From a bacterium (GTDB lineage Bacteria > UBP15 > UBA6099): a stretch of 63,682 nucleotides of DNA. The stretch lies in contig JBAYJY010000005.1 of the NCBI GenBank assembly GCA_041664945.1, positions 1 through 63,682 on the forward strand. Direction: 5' to 3'. The notes beneath the pieces are model-generated. The model had not been told where the DNA came from, searched no databases, and saw nothing but the letters and a program-made list of their open reading frames with translations. This document shows positions 38,449 to 47,956 of this stretch, piece after piece; position 1 is the stretch's first letter; the number at the start of each line of letters is the position of its first letter. Made by a program: the position numbers and the translations under genes.

Positions 38449-40818
38449 TCAAATCAGCTTCTTTATCACTTCAAGCAGATTGCTCTGGTCGAAACTGCTC
38501 TTGACTATGTAGGCATTCGCGCCCACTTCGATTCCTCGCTCGCGGTCCTCTCGCGATTCGAGCGCCGTCACCAGAACCACCGGCAACTCTGCGTATTTCC
38601 TGTCTTCCCGAATCCGCGCCGTGAGTTCAAACCCGCTCATCCTCGGCATGTCCACATCCGAAACGACCAGATCAAACTCTCCGCTGCGAACTTGCGTTAA
38701 AGCGTCCATTCCGTCCACCGCCGTCGCCACACGGTAGCCCGCCGTTTCCAGTATGTTCTTTATCAGCATCCTCGACGTGATCGAGTCCTCCGCCACAAGA
38801 AGGCTTCCCGTTCCGGCCGCCGGCTTCGCCTCCGCCGCCGCGGTTTTCGCCCTCCCGCCGGACCGCACGGCGGATTTCATCAGATCGGTCGCGTTTATAA
38901 CCGGAACGACTTTGCCCGTGCCCAGAACCGTGGCCCCCGCTATGTTGCGCACCCGGCTCAACTGCGCCCCCAGCCCTTTCATCAGTATTTCCAGCTCGCC
39001 GAGAACCTCGTCCACCTGAAAGGCGATCCGTTTGTCGCCGGACGCCAGAACCACAACGGTAATATGGTCTGGCGCGGATGCCCCAGACGCCGGAATCGCT
39101 TCGTTGCGCATCGGCAATTCAAGAGCTTCCGCAAGCCTGACCATCGAGATGATTTGCCCGTTCAACTTGATGGTCTCCCGGTTCTCCACCGTCTTTACCT
39201 CATCGGGATTCACTCTCACAACGCATTCCGTGTTGATGGTGGGCAGGATAAAAACGCTTCCCTCCACACGCGCCAGAATGCCCTGAAAAGTCGTGAGCGT
39301 CAGCGGCAGAAGAAGCCTGAAGTTTGTTCCGGCGCCGGCTTTCGAGTCCGCTGATACAAGCCCGCCGAGTTTATCCGCTTTCTCGCGCACGATCGCCAGA
39401 CCCAGTCCGCGGCCTGATATGTCCGTGATAATCGGGCTTGTGGTCACCCCCGACTGGAAAATGAGCGACAGCGCCTCTTGCGCGTCCAGTTTGCCGGCCG
39501 CCTCAGGCGAAAGAACGCCTGCCTTAATCGCGGCCGAAAGGACCCGCTCAACATCAACGCCGGCCCCGTCGTCTGATACTATAATTTCTATACTGCGGCT
39601 GTCTTTTACGCTGAAGCCGAGCGTTATCGTCCCGCGCGCCGGCTTGTTCTCACGCGCCCGTTCTTCGGGCTTTTTCATGCCGTGGTCCACGCAGTTCCGA
39701 ATGATGTGCAGCAGCGGGTCTTTAAGCTCGTCGAGTATCCTCTTGTCAATCTCGACCTCCGCCCCGCGAATGATAAGCTCCACTTCCTTGCCCTGATCCC
39801 GGGCGAGGTCGCGCACGAATCCGGGAAACCCCTCGACGAGCGACGACACCGGAAGCATCAGTATTCTTTTCATCGCATCAAGATGCTCGTCCACCATTCG
39901 CCTCAGAGCGCGCTGGTCCTGCTCAACCGCCTGAGTTAATTCCGCTATCCGATGCTGGAACCCGTTCAATCGCGCTTCGTTCAACTCTATCAACTTGTCA
40001 AGCAGCGGGGCGCTCTCTTCGCGCCTTCTACTCTTCAGTCTTGTCCATTCCGTTTTCCACAAGACAAGCGCCTGCTCGATCTCACGCAGTTCGGCGGCCC
40101 GCTGGCCGGCCGACATTTTTGCCGAAATCATCTCTTCCGCCTGCAGCAGAAGCGGAGCAAGCTTGTCCGTTGATATTCTCACGGTTTCCGCAATGCCCGG
40201 CGAATTCCGGGGAGATGACTCGATTTCGCCTTTTGATTCCGGCGCGCGTTCTGCGGGTTCGCTCTTCGGCTCTTGCGGCGAATTTCGGGGAAATGACTGG
40301 AATTCGCTTTTTAATTCCGGATCGTGTCCCCTGAATTCACCAATCCCGGACGGCTGCGTTTCTCTGGCCGGCTCCGAAGCTTTCGTTTTGGCCGGCGCCG
40401 CGGCTCCTCTGGAAACATTGGTCAGCAGCCGGATCAGCTCTTTTGTTTGCGCTTGTTCAACAGTCGCCGCCTGTTCAGGGTCCGCCGCCAATGCAAGCCG
40501 CTCGATGCCGTTTACCGTCTTGTGAAACAGGTCGCACATCCCGGGCGACAAAACAATTCCCTTCCTTTTCAACGCGGAAAACACGCTTTCCAAAGGCTGG
40601 CAAACCGACTCGACATCCTTCAGATTCACCGAACGGGCCGCGCCCTTGAGGCTGTGCGCCTCGCGAAACACGATCTCGATTATTTCCGCGCTTCTTTCGG
40701 CTTCAGCAGTCTTTTCAAGCTCGAAAAGGCTGGAACGGAGCGTCCTTATATGCTCTTCCGCCTCGATCCGAAATGTGGCGCGGAGCCGTTTGAGGAATTC
40801 TTTATCTTTTGCGTCCAT
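38449..40818 (-). CDS. cheA: chemosensory histidine kinase CheA fused to a C-terminal receiver (CheA-REC)
   Basis: 789 aa. Hpt with AHSLKGAARS, a long low-complexity linker, HATPase (DDGAGVD, SGRGLGL), a CheW-like P5 domain and REC (LVVSDVDMPRMSG). Confidence 0.9.
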   Translation of the reverse strand: MDAKDKEFLKRLRATFRIEAEEHIRTLRSSLFELEKTAEAERSAEIIEIVFREAHSLKGAARSVNLKDVESVCQPLESVFSALKRKGIVLSPGMCDLFHKTVNGIERLALAADPEQAATVEQAQTKELIRLLTNVSRGAAAPAKTKASEPARETQPSGIGEFRGHDPELKSEFQSFPRNSPQEPKSEPAERAPESKGEIESSPRNSPGIAETVRISTDKLAPLLLQAEEMISAKMSAGQRAAELREIEQALVLWKTEWTRLKSRRREESAPLLDKLIELNEARLNGFQHRIAELTQAVEQDQRALRRMVDEHLDAMKRILMLPVSSLVEGFPGFVRDLARDQGKEVELIIRGAEVEIDKRILDELKDPLLHIIRNCVDHGMKKPEERARENKPARGTITLGFSVKDSRSIEIIVSDDGAGVDVERVLSAAIKAGVLSPEAAGKLDAQEALSLIFQSGVTTSPIITDISGRGLGLAIVREKADKLGGLVSADSKAGAGTNFRLLLPLTLTTFQGILARVEGSVFILPTINTECVVRVNPDEVKTVENRETIKLNGQIISMVRLAEALELPMRNEAIPASGASAPDHITVVVLASGDKRIAFQVDEVLGELEILMKGLGAQLSRVRNIAGATVLGTGKVVPVINATDLMKSAVRSGGRAKTAAAEAKPAAGTGSLLVAEDSITSRMLIKNILETAGYRVATAVDGMDALTQVRSGEFDLVVSDVDMPRMSGFELTARIREDRKYAELPVVLVTALESREDRERGIEVGANAYIVKSSFDQSNLLEVIKKLI
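40199..40320. repeat. in-frame 78-bp tandem duplication inside the CheA linker
   Basis: 44-nt cores at 40199-40242 and 40277-40320 are 38/44 identical and 78 nt apart. They encode the repeated PE(L/S)K(S/G)E(F/I)(Q/E)S(F/S)PRNSP. Confidence 0.7.
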
Positions 40819-40872
40819 CTTTTCGCCGCCTTATGTCGCATTTTTCATTAATGCGATCAGAAGAAATTCTGG

Positions 40873-42504
40873 TCATACCTTGAACTGTTCCGCCAGCCCC
40901 TTGAGTTTCTGGCCAAGCTCGTGAAGATTTCTCGCCGCCGTCTCCGATTGCTTCATGCTCGTAGCGGTTTCAGCGCCCGCCTGATTGATGTTTTCCATGG
41001 CGACGCCTATCTGATCCATTCCCACAACCTGCTGCTGGCTCGATGCCACGATCTGCGTCGCCGCCTGCGCCGCTTCATCGCTGGTCTCCGCCAGCGACCG
41101 GATCGCCTCCCCGGCCTGCGCCGCCTGCTTCACCCCCGACTCAACAGCTTTGCTACCCTGCTCAGTCGCCATCACCGCCGCGCTCGTCGCCTTCTGTATA
41201 TCGCTCAGAATCCCGCGCACCTGAGTTGTTGCCTGCTTCGACTGTTCCGCCAGACTCCTGATCTCCTGCGCCACGACCGCAAACCCTTTGCCCTGCTCTC
41301 CCGCTCTCGCGGCTTCTATGGCTGCGTTGACAGCAAGCAGGTTGGACTGGTCCGCTATATCCGTCACGGAAGCGATTATTCCCCCTATGGACTGGCTCTG
41401 CTCGCTCAGACTCACTATTGTGTTGGCTATAGATTCCATCTGCTCGCGGATGTTGCTCATTCCGGCAGTGGTTTCCTCGACGGCTCTCCGGCCCGCTTGC
41501 GTAGTCTGGGCTACGCGCTGCGAACTGTCCGAAACATTTTTCGCCTTCTGGGAAGAAAGCTGCGCCGCCTGCCTCACCTCTTCAACAGTAGTCGTGGTTT
41601 CGCTGATGGCGGTCGCTGATTCGGCCGCCCCGGAGGCTACCTGCGTAGTCGCCGCGAGGATTTCGCTCGCGGTTGCGCTGAGTTGATTGACTGCTTCGGA
41701 GATATCCTTGGTCGAGCGTCGGAGATTCTCCACCATCTGCCGGAAAGTCCGAATCAGGACTCCAACCTCGTCCGTCCGCTCTTCGGCGACGACATCCACT
41801 GTCAGGTCCCCGGCGGCTATACGCGAAGCATACGTTGAGATCACTCCGAGCGGCCTCGCGATTGTATGGTTAAGAAACAGTATCATCAACCCGCCTATGA
41901 GAAACGCGGATACTCCAATGAGCATAAAGATGCGGATTGCCGTCTGCGACGCTTGCATATCAGCGGCAAGTTGTTTATGTTCGGCGTCGGCTGCCTTGTC
42001 ACCCAGTTCATTTGCGATAGAACGCATCTGATCGTAACGTTTTGATTGGATGCCGAGAATCAATGGTTTAGCTTCTTCTATCTTTCCCTGATCGATAAGT
42101 CCGATTACCACCTCCCGGGTCTGGCGATATGCGGCTAAAATTTCCGAATATTCTTTCATTTTGCCCTGACATACCGGATCCTTGTCATTTTTCAGAATAT
42201 CGCTTAAAAAATCATCTATTGCCCGGTTGCGCTCAAGGGTGTTTTGATCGAGCGCTTTACGAACTGTATCGTTGGGATTCAACATCTCAAGCAGCATGTT
42301 TGCCCGCAGTCCGTTCTCGTCCACCCTCAACTTCATGAAACCAATGGATTCTTTGTGATTAATTTCGGCCAAATTCTTTTCGGACTGCGTTATTGCCGTC
42401 AGACTCCGGTAAGCGGTGATGGTAATTACCGCCAGCAGTAACCACATTGCTCCGAAACCGACAAGTAGTTTGGCGAGCGTGGAAAGATTGGTGAATCGTT
42501 TCAT
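40873..42504 (-). CDS. mcp: methyl-accepting chemotaxis protein (TM, four-helix-bundle sensor, TM, HAMP, signalling domain)
   Basis: 543 aa. Two TM helices flank a roughly 170-aa helical periplasmic region, followed by HAMP. Conserved signalling hairpin ([40 protein letters not shown]). GGGAGGG RBS. Confidence 0.9.
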   Translation of the reverse strand: MKRFTNLSTLAKLLVGFGAMWLLLAVITITAYRSLTAITQSEKNLAEINHKESIGFMKLRVDENGLRANMLLEMLNPNDTVRKALDQNTLERNRAIDDFLSDILKNDKDPVCQGKMKEYSEILAAYRQTREVVIGLIDQGKIEEAKPLILGIQSKRYDQMRSIANELGDKAADAEHKQLAADMQASQTAIRIFMLIGVSAFLIGGLMILFLNHTIARPLGVISTYASRIAAGDLTVDVVAEERTDEVGVLIRTFRQMVENLRRSTKDISEAVNQLSATASEILAATTQVASGAAESATAISETTTTVEEVRQAAQLSSQKAKNVSDSSQRVAQTTQAGRRAVEETTAGMSNIREQMESIANTIVSLSEQSQSIGGIIASVTDIADQSNLLAVNAAIEAARAGEQGKGFAVVAQEIRSLAEQSKQATTQVRGILSDIQKATSAAVMATEQGSKAVESGVKQAAQAGEAIRSLAETSDEAAQAATQIVASSQQQVVGMDQIGVAMENINQAGAETATSMKQSETAARNLHELGQKLKGLAEQFKV

Positions 42505-42531
42505 GGTAAATCCCTCCCAAATTTTGTGTGT

Positions 42532-43167
42532 TCAATCTATCTCTTGATGAACGATGATTTTTTCATCGTTCAAAATCTTTTCAGCATCAAGAACTATCAG
42601 CCGCTCTTCGCAGACGCCCTTCAAATATTCCGCGCCGATCCCCGTGACCGTCTGCGGCGCCGCCTGTATCCCGTCGAGCGGGATCGATCGCGCGCCGAGT
42701 ATGGCGTCCGCCAGAATCCCGAACTCCATCCCGGCGTTTCGTATGATGATCACTTTGTTTAGTTCGCCTATGCCTTTATCAGGCAGATTGAAAAATTTCT
42801 TCAGGTCCACCACCGATAGAATCCGGCCGCGCACGTTGATTATTCCGAGAACGAACGGCGGCGTTCCGGGCAGCGGCGTGTAATCCGTCAGCGGATACAC
42901 TTCGAGCACAAACGCGGATTCGATGCCGTAGTTTTCAAAAGCGAGCCGGAATTCAATGATTTCTATGAACCCGCGGCCCTCGGCGGCTTTTTCCGGCTCC
43001 CGGGCGAGGTCACGCGCCCGCGACCTCAATATGGATAGCTTTTCCTCCGCCGATGGCTCGGCGCCGCGCCCCAACTCTTCCCGCGCGGTTTCCATTCGGC
43101 TGTGTATTTCGCTCCAGTCAACAGCATTCCCCTGTTGCCGGGATGGTTTGTCCATGCCTGTTTTCAT
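42532..43167 (-). CDS. cheW: CheW-like coupling protein (long form)
   Basis: 211 aa. The CheW domain (FRLAFENYGIESAFVLEV...ILGIINVRGRILSVVDL) follows a roughly 60-aa N-terminal extension. 4-nt overlap with cheR. Confidence 0.85.
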   Translation of the reverse strand: MKTGMDKPSRQQGNAVDWSEIHSRMETAREELGRGAEPSAEEKLSILRSRARDLAREPEKAAEGRGFIEIIEFRLAFENYGIESAFVLEVYPLTDYTPLPGTPPFVLGIINVRGRILSVVDLKKFFNLPDKGIGELNKVIIIRNAGMEFGILADAILGARSIPLDGIQAAPQTVTGIGAEYLKGVCEERLIVLDAEKILNDEKIIVHQEID

Positions 43168-44657
43168 GCCGTCGCTCCAACCAACATAGTGGCGTTAATG
43201 ATTTCCCTGAACCTGTCAGCCGTCAGTCCCCCGGATTCGGGGAGCGCGTCTTCATTCCCGTATTTATTAAGAAGATCGAGCGCATTCCTGAAATATCTGC
43301 CCGCGGACCTCGCATTACCCCCGCGCATCAGGATATTGCCGATGGCAAAATGCGCCAACACAAAATCCGGATCGAGATACAGCGCGCGCTTGAACGATAC
43401 CATCGCCTTATCCTCCAGATTCTGTTCCTGCAAAATCGTCGCGTGGAGATAATACAATCCGGGATCGAGTTTTTCGGCGGCGATCGCCTCTTCGCACGCC
43501 GCCAGCGCTTCCGCGAGCTTTCCACAGTTCGCGAGCTCGCGAACCGTTTGCGCGTCCGCATGCGGCGGCTTGTCGCCTTTCGGCATTTCAGCCGTTTCTT
43601 CGGAGCGCGCTGGCGGCGCTGAACCGGCTGTCTCTTCCAGCATTGTTCGCTGAAGCGCCGGCATTTCAATGTCCTGCGCCTTTTCGATAATCGGGAACTG
43701 GAATAGCGGCTCTGCTTCAACCGGACCTGCGGCTTTCGGAAGCTGCTGAAAATCATCATTTTGATAGTATGGAATTTCAAAACTGAATATTTCCGAAGGG
43801 CGATACTCGCGCTCGCATTTTCTGTATACGATCGCCCCCGGAAAATTGACAGAAGTCAAATCGGGAAAGAGATGCTGGGAAAGCTCGCTGGAACTTACTA
43901 TCAGCCATCCTTCATCCACGAGAGCGCCGTAAAAGCTCCGCCCTATCTGCCTCGCTCGCTCCGGCTTGAAATACATCAGCACGTTCCGGCAGAATATGAT
44001 GTCCATCGCGTTCGTATTGTTCATCGGCGACGGATAAATATCGCCGCCCAGATTCAGATAGCCGAATTTAACCATCTTCCGTATCTCAGGCAGCAGTTCG
44101 TATTCCTTTTCTTTCCTGCGCCGGAAATACCCGTCCTTGAGCCACGGCGGCGCGTTGCGGAAAGACCATTCGCCGTACACGCCAGCCAGCGCCCTGCGCA
44201 CCATGCGGGGATTAATGTCAGTCGCGAGTATTGTGATATGCCAGTCTTTTATGTCCGGGATCGCTCTTCGCAGCGCTATCGCTATGGAGTAAGGCTCCTC
44301 GCCGGTCGAGCAGCCCGCGCTCCAGATTCTCAGCAGCCTGCCGGTCTTCTGCCGCGCCCGGATCAGTTCGGGCAGTATGCTGCCCAGAAGCGCTTCAAAC
44401 ACCTGCGGCTCGCGCCAGAAATATGTTTCGTGCACCGTGAGATGGCTCGCCAGCAACTCTATCTGTTCCGTCGTCAGCCGCGACGCGACCAGCCATTGAA
44501 CGAATGATTCAATGTCCGAAAAGCCAAACTCTTTAGCCGCCGCGCCCGCCCGGCGGCTCAGATCGCCCCACTTCTCCTCAGGAAAATTCAACGCCATTTT
44601 TTCCGCAACCAATTCGCTCAATTGAGACAACAGATTGTCGGACAGACAGACATTCAT
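43164..44657 (-). CDS. cheR: chemotaxis methyltransferase CheR with C-terminal TPR domain
   Basis: 497 aa. CheR SAM-methyltransferase core (RIWSAGCSTGEEPYSIA, IFCRNVLMYF) and C-terminal TPR repeats. ATGA overlaps on both sides. Confidence 0.9.
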   Translation of the reverse strand: MNVCLSDNLLSQLSELVAEKMALNFPEEKWGDLSRRAGAAAKEFGFSDIESFVQWLVASRLTTEQIELLASHLTVHETYFWREPQVFEALLGSILPELIRARQKTGRLLRIWSAGCSTGEEPYSIAIALRRAIPDIKDWHITILATDINPRMVRRALAGVYGEWSFRNAPPWLKDGYFRRRKEKEYELLPEIRKMVKFGYLNLGGDIYPSPMNNTNAMDIIFCRNVLMYFKPERARQIGRSFYGALVDEGWLIVSSSELSQHLFPDLTSVNFPGAIVYRKCEREYRPSEIFSFEIPYYQNDDFQQLPKAAGPVEAEPLFQFPIIEKAQDIEMPALQRTMLEETAGSAPPARSEETAEMPKGDKPPHADAQTVRELANCGKLAEALAACEEAIAAEKLDPGLYYLHATILQEQNLEDKAMVSFKRALYLDPDFVLAHFAIGNILMRGGNARSAGRYFRNALDLLNKYGNEDALPESGGLTADRFREIINATMLVGATA

Positions 44658-45136
44658 TTCGCGCCCCCGGATAACGCCTCATCGAGCGCTCTCTCCTCGT
44701 CGAGGGAAAGAAACTTATCGAGGTCGTAGATCAGGACGATTCCGTCTTTCGTCTTCGCCACGCCTTGAATGTGTTCGGCGAAAGGAAGCGATTGTTCGAC
44801 GCTCTCAATCCCGCCGTCCTCAAGCTCATGCGCTCCGGAAACGGAATCAACCGCCAGCGCCACCGTTCGCCGGGAAGCGCGCGCTATGATGAACTGGTCG
44901 TCGAGATGCATCTCGCGCGCAGGCAGGCGGAAACGCTTCCGGACGTCGATCACAGGTATAACCCTCCCTTGAAAATTGATTATCCCCATGACGATTTCAG
45001 GCGCCTTTGGCAACAACGTTATTTCCACCACACGCACAACCCGCTCAACCGCGGACAAATAAAGCGCGCAACGCGGCTCGTCAAGCGTGAAAATTACGAT
45101 CTGATTCCGATTTGTCTGTTCAAGCATGCTCATCAT
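44654..45136 (-). CDS. cheW: CheW coupling protein
   Basis: 160 aa. CheW domain (IVIFTLDEPRCALYLSAVERV...IMGIINFQGRVIPVIDV). Confidence 0.85.
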   Translation of the reverse strand: MMSMLEQTNRNQIVIFTLDEPRCALYLSAVERVVRVVEITLLPKAPEIVMGIINFQGRVIPVIDVRKRFRLPAREMHLDDQFIIARASRRTVALAVDSVSGAHELEDGGIESVEQSLPFAEHIQGVAKTKDGIVLIYDLDKFLSLDEERALDEALSGGAK

Positions 45137-45176
45137 GAACTCCTGTCCGGCGGCGCCGGTTCGATGAGAATAACGG

Positions 45177-45743
45177 CTATCCCTTTTGAATCGCGCCGTT
45201 CAACGCCATGCGCGCCGAACCAATTAGTTGCTTTACGGAAAATGGCTTGGAAAGCAGCATTATCGGCCCGTCCCCGGTCGCCTTCATCGCTTTTGTCATA
45301 AGCTCGCTGTCCGGATAGCCTGTCACTATTATCACGGGCATCATTTCGTGCGTTTTTCGCAACTCAAGCAAAAATTCAGGGCCGTTCATTCCCGGCATTT
45401 TCAGGTCCAAAAGGACTAAGTCTATTTCTTGCGACAAAACGTATTTCAGCCCTTCCGCTCCTTTTGAGGCCGCATATACCTTGTAGCCTTCGGGTTCGAG
45501 TATTCTGCGTATCAAATTGCGCATGGATTCGTCGTCATCCACAATCAGCGCGCGCGCGGAACGGCTTTGCGATTGTTGTGAATCCGCCCAAAGCAGCAGC
45601 GCATCTTTGCGAAATCGCCAGTCCTTTCCCATTTTGAACGCCGGGATATCGCCGCGCCGAGCAAGCCGCCGGACTGTTTCAACATGCGACCCTAAGAAGT
45701 CGGCCGCTTCCTGTGCATTAAATACATCGCCTTTTTTAGCCAT
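45177..45743 (-). CDS. response regulator with N-terminal excisionase/MerR-type HTH and C-terminal REC
   Basis: 188 aa. The HTH (FNAQEAADFLGSHVETVRRLARRGDIPAFKMGKDWRF) precedes the REC (ALIVDDDESM...LVLLDLKMPGMNG). This domain order is inverted relative to classical response regulators. Confidence 0.8.
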   Translation of the reverse strand: MAKKGDVFNAQEAADFLGSHVETVRRLARRGDIPAFKMGKDWRFRKDALLLWADSQQSQSRSARALIVDDDESMRNLIRRILEPEGYKVYAASKGAEGLKYVLSQEIDLVLLDLKMPGMNGPEFLLELRKTHEMMPVIIVTGYPDSELMTKAMKATGDGPIMLLSKPFSVKQLIGSARMALNGAIQKG

Positions 45744-45832
45744 AAATACGATTTAAAACCGCCTTCCATGACTTTCCTTGCGCCACACAGATGCTTAAAG
45801 CTATTAAATTGAGGTAAATATTTTTATTATGT

Positions 45833-45862
45833 TAGTTAATTATAGTTGAGGTTAGTTGAGTT
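45833..45862. promoter_or_regulatory. three phased 10-bp direct repeats overlapping the promoter core
   Basis: TAGTTAATTA / TAGTTGAGGT / TAGTTGAGTT are read consecutively at 45833, 45843 and 45853. They cover the -10, the spacer and the edge of the -35. Confidence 0.5.
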
Positions 45863-45867
45863 ATCAA
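45839..45867 (-). promoter_or_regulatory. sigma70-like promoter candidate of the chemosensory operon
   Basis: On the minus strand: TTGATA (45867-45862), exactly 17 nt, TATAAT (45844-45839). It lies about 95 nt upstream of ATG 45743 in the only AT-rich stretch of the region. Confidence 0.5.
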
Positions 45868-46008
45868 TGACAGTCTAAAAACAAAATAAATGCTGATTTA
45901 CCTATATATTTAACGGGTTTTTTGGCGATTCTCCGAGATGCGCGGATAACAAAGCTGCTCGCCGCTGCGAACATTGTCAGGATTCAGCTTCTTTTGTCGA
46001 ATCCCGTT

Positions 46009-46464
46009 TCAATGCAACTTGCCGCGTTCGGCGCAAAGGTGGGACAGTTTATCTTCTTTCGGCGGGTAGCCGAGAAAGTAACCTTTCAACGCAAGTGTGC
46101 CGTCGGCCAAGGCGCAGGTGAACTCGACGCGCACTCTGTATTTATCCGTCACGTCGGCGACAATCGCCTCGCAGGTGACAGTGTCGCCGATGTAAACCGG
46201 CGCGAGAAAATCGAGATGGAACTGCGATGCGAGCACGGCCCACTGCCCGCCGATATGCGTCGCCATCGCGCCGACGAGAAATCCCGGAACTATCGGGCGC
46301 CCGAACTTCGTCAGCTTGCAGAACTCGGCGTCGACATGGTGCGGGTTGAAGTCGCCGCTCAGGCCGACGAACATCATCGTTTCCGCTTCGGTGAATGTGC
46401 GCGTGAACACGGCGCGGTCGCCCGCTTTAAGTTTTTTCGCCACGCTTCCTTTTGTCTGTATCAT
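46009..46464 (-). CDS. MaoC-like (R)-specific enoyl-CoA hydratase / hotdog-fold dehydratase
   Basis: 151 aa. Hydratase-2 motif FVGLSGDFNPHHVD. Confidence 0.8.
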   Translation of the reverse strand: MIQTKGSVAKKLKAGDRAVFTRTFTEAETMMFVGLSGDFNPHHVDAEFCKLTKFGRPIVPGFLVGAMATHIGGQWAVLASQFHLDFLAPVYIGDTVTCEAIVADVTDKYRVRVEFTCALADGTLALKGYFLGYPPKEDKLSHLCAERGKLH

Positions 46465-46539
46465 CAGAAAATTCCTCCGGGCAAAATTGATTGAATATTT
46501 AATCTATGAAAAACGGGGAAAGATTATCGCCTTCGGCGA

Positions 46540-46573
46540 CCGGAGAACCCCTTTTATAAAAGTGGTTCTCCGG
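46540..46573 (-). terminator. 10-bp perfect hairpin downstream of the Gfo/Idh/MocA gene (terminator or RNA-stability element)
   Basis: CCGGAGAACC (46540-46549), 14-nt loop, GGTTCTCCGG (46564-46573). On the minus strand a second small hairpin TCGCC-GAA-GGCGA and a T-rich tract follow. Confidence 0.35.
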
Positions 46574-46626
46574 CCTCTCCCGAAAATTTTCGTTTCTTTC
46601 CGCAAGCTTTCCTGAAAATCAAACTA

Positions 46627-47784
46627 TCACACCTTCACTTCTGATTTCGAATCGCTCGATTTGTAAACGGCGTGCACGATCTCGACATTCTTCATGCCGT
46701 CAGCGCCCGTGCAGGCCCACGCGTCGCCGATCACAGGATGCGGCTCCAGAGTCCCGTTCACTTTCGCGACAAAGTGGTCCAACTGCCTCTTGAACATATT
46801 GTGCTTCCTGCCGTATGTCACATCGACCGGCAGCCACTGGTTGATGATGAACGACGGCGTCCCGAACTTCCAGACTTGCGCGTGCGTGTTGTTCAGATGC
46901 GGGAATCCGAGAACGTACCACGACCCATCCATTTTGTATTTGACGCAGCCCGTTTCGCCGTGGATGAGCCCTTCGTCGCAACTCCCGCGCGCGCTGAGCC
47001 GGCAGAGAGAGCTCTGCACGTAGGCGCATGCGCCGGACTCAAACCGCAACAGCGACGACGCATGATCCTCATAAACGCGGCCCGGCACGATTGTCTGCGT
47101 GACACCGCCCACGCACGCCACGTCCTCCTCCATCAGCCACCGGAACATATCGACGTAGTGGATGCCGTGATCGAAAAAAACGCCGCCGCCGGTCCGCTTG
47201 TCTGTAATGCGCCACGCGCCCATATCCTTGCTCGGAAACAAGCGCAACTTGCCGCCCATTTCGTAGATTTCCTTGACCGGCGATTTTGAGATGTCCGGAA
47301 TCCATGAGTCGTATGTCGCCCGCAACTGGAACACCTTTCCGATCTCGCCGCTCTTGATTATCGTCTTCAGTTTCTCGTAGCCGGGGTCGAACCTCAGAGA
47401 ATGCGCTATCGTCAGGATAACTCCGTTTTTATCGCACGCTTCGTTCATGCGCGCGCAGTCCGCAACCGTCGACGCCATCGGCTTCTCGCAGATCACGTGC
47501 ATGCCTTTTTGCGCTGCCGCAACCGTCGGGTCGGCGTGTATCCACGGCGGAGTTGTTATCACAACCGCGTCGGCGCCGCACTCGGCGATCATCGTTTCCC
47601 AGTCGCCGTATGTTTTCTTCGCTCCGAACTTCGCCGCCGACTTGCCGGCCAATTCCTTGTCTATATCCGCAACCGCCGCAAGCTCTGCGTCGGGATTCTC
47701 TTTTATCCACGGAAAAAATCCGAGCCACGCCTGCCGCCCGCAACCTACGACTGCGAACCTGACTTTCCTGCCTTTGCCGCTCAT
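46627..47784 (-). CDS. Gfo/Idh/MocA-family NAD(P)-dependent oxidoreductase
   Basis: Start set at ATG 47784 (MSGKGRKVRFAVVGCGRQAW), 6 nt after GGAGG. N-terminal Rossmann fold and an EKP motif (HVICEKPMA). The ORF-track start at 48195 runs through the divergent promoter region. Confidence 0.8.
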   Translation of the reverse strand: MSGKGRKVRFAVVGCGRQAWLGFFPWIKENPDAELAAVADIDKELAGKSAAKFGAKKTYGDWETMIAECGADAVVITTPPWIHADPTVAAAQKGMHVICEKPMASTVADCARMNEACDKNGVILTIAHSLRFDPGYEKLKTIIKSGEIGKVFQLRATYDSWIPDISKSPVKEIYEMGGKLRLFPSKDMGAWRITDKRTGGGVFFDHGIHYVDMFRWLMEEDVACVGGVTQTIVPGRVYEDHASSLLRFESGACAYVQSSLCRLSARGSCDEGLIHGETGCVKYKMDGSWYVLGFPHLNNTHAQVWKFGTPSFIINQWLPVDVTYGRKHNMFKRQLDHFVAKVNGTLEPHPVIGDAWACTGADGMKNVEIVHAVYKSSDSKSEVKV

Positions 47785-47910
47785 GCGTTCCGCCTCCAGT
47801 TCGAGATTGCGAACATTATAGCAGATTCGGGACATGGCGGGGAAATCGGATACAGGCATTCTCAAATAGCGCTTTGCCGGTGCCCATTTCCCGTTCGCAT
47901 TTAAACCACG

Positions 47911-47930
47911 GAGACACAGAGACACAGAGA
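47911..47930. repeat. short tandem repeat (GAGACACA) x2.5
   Basis: GAGACACAGAGACACAGAGA is read directly in the divergent intergenic region, 13 nt upstream of a TATAAT box. Confidence 0.6.
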
Positions 47931-47956
47931 AAAGATTTCGGGTATAATACTTGCGA

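Noticed and set aside
40199-40320. Possibility that the CheA linker repeats are inserted copies of the 4415-4526 REP-like element (shared GTCATTTC...CGAA fragments)
   Set aside because: The similarity is limited to a few short words. The repeats are in frame and encode a duplicated peptide, so simple tandem duplication is the better explanation.
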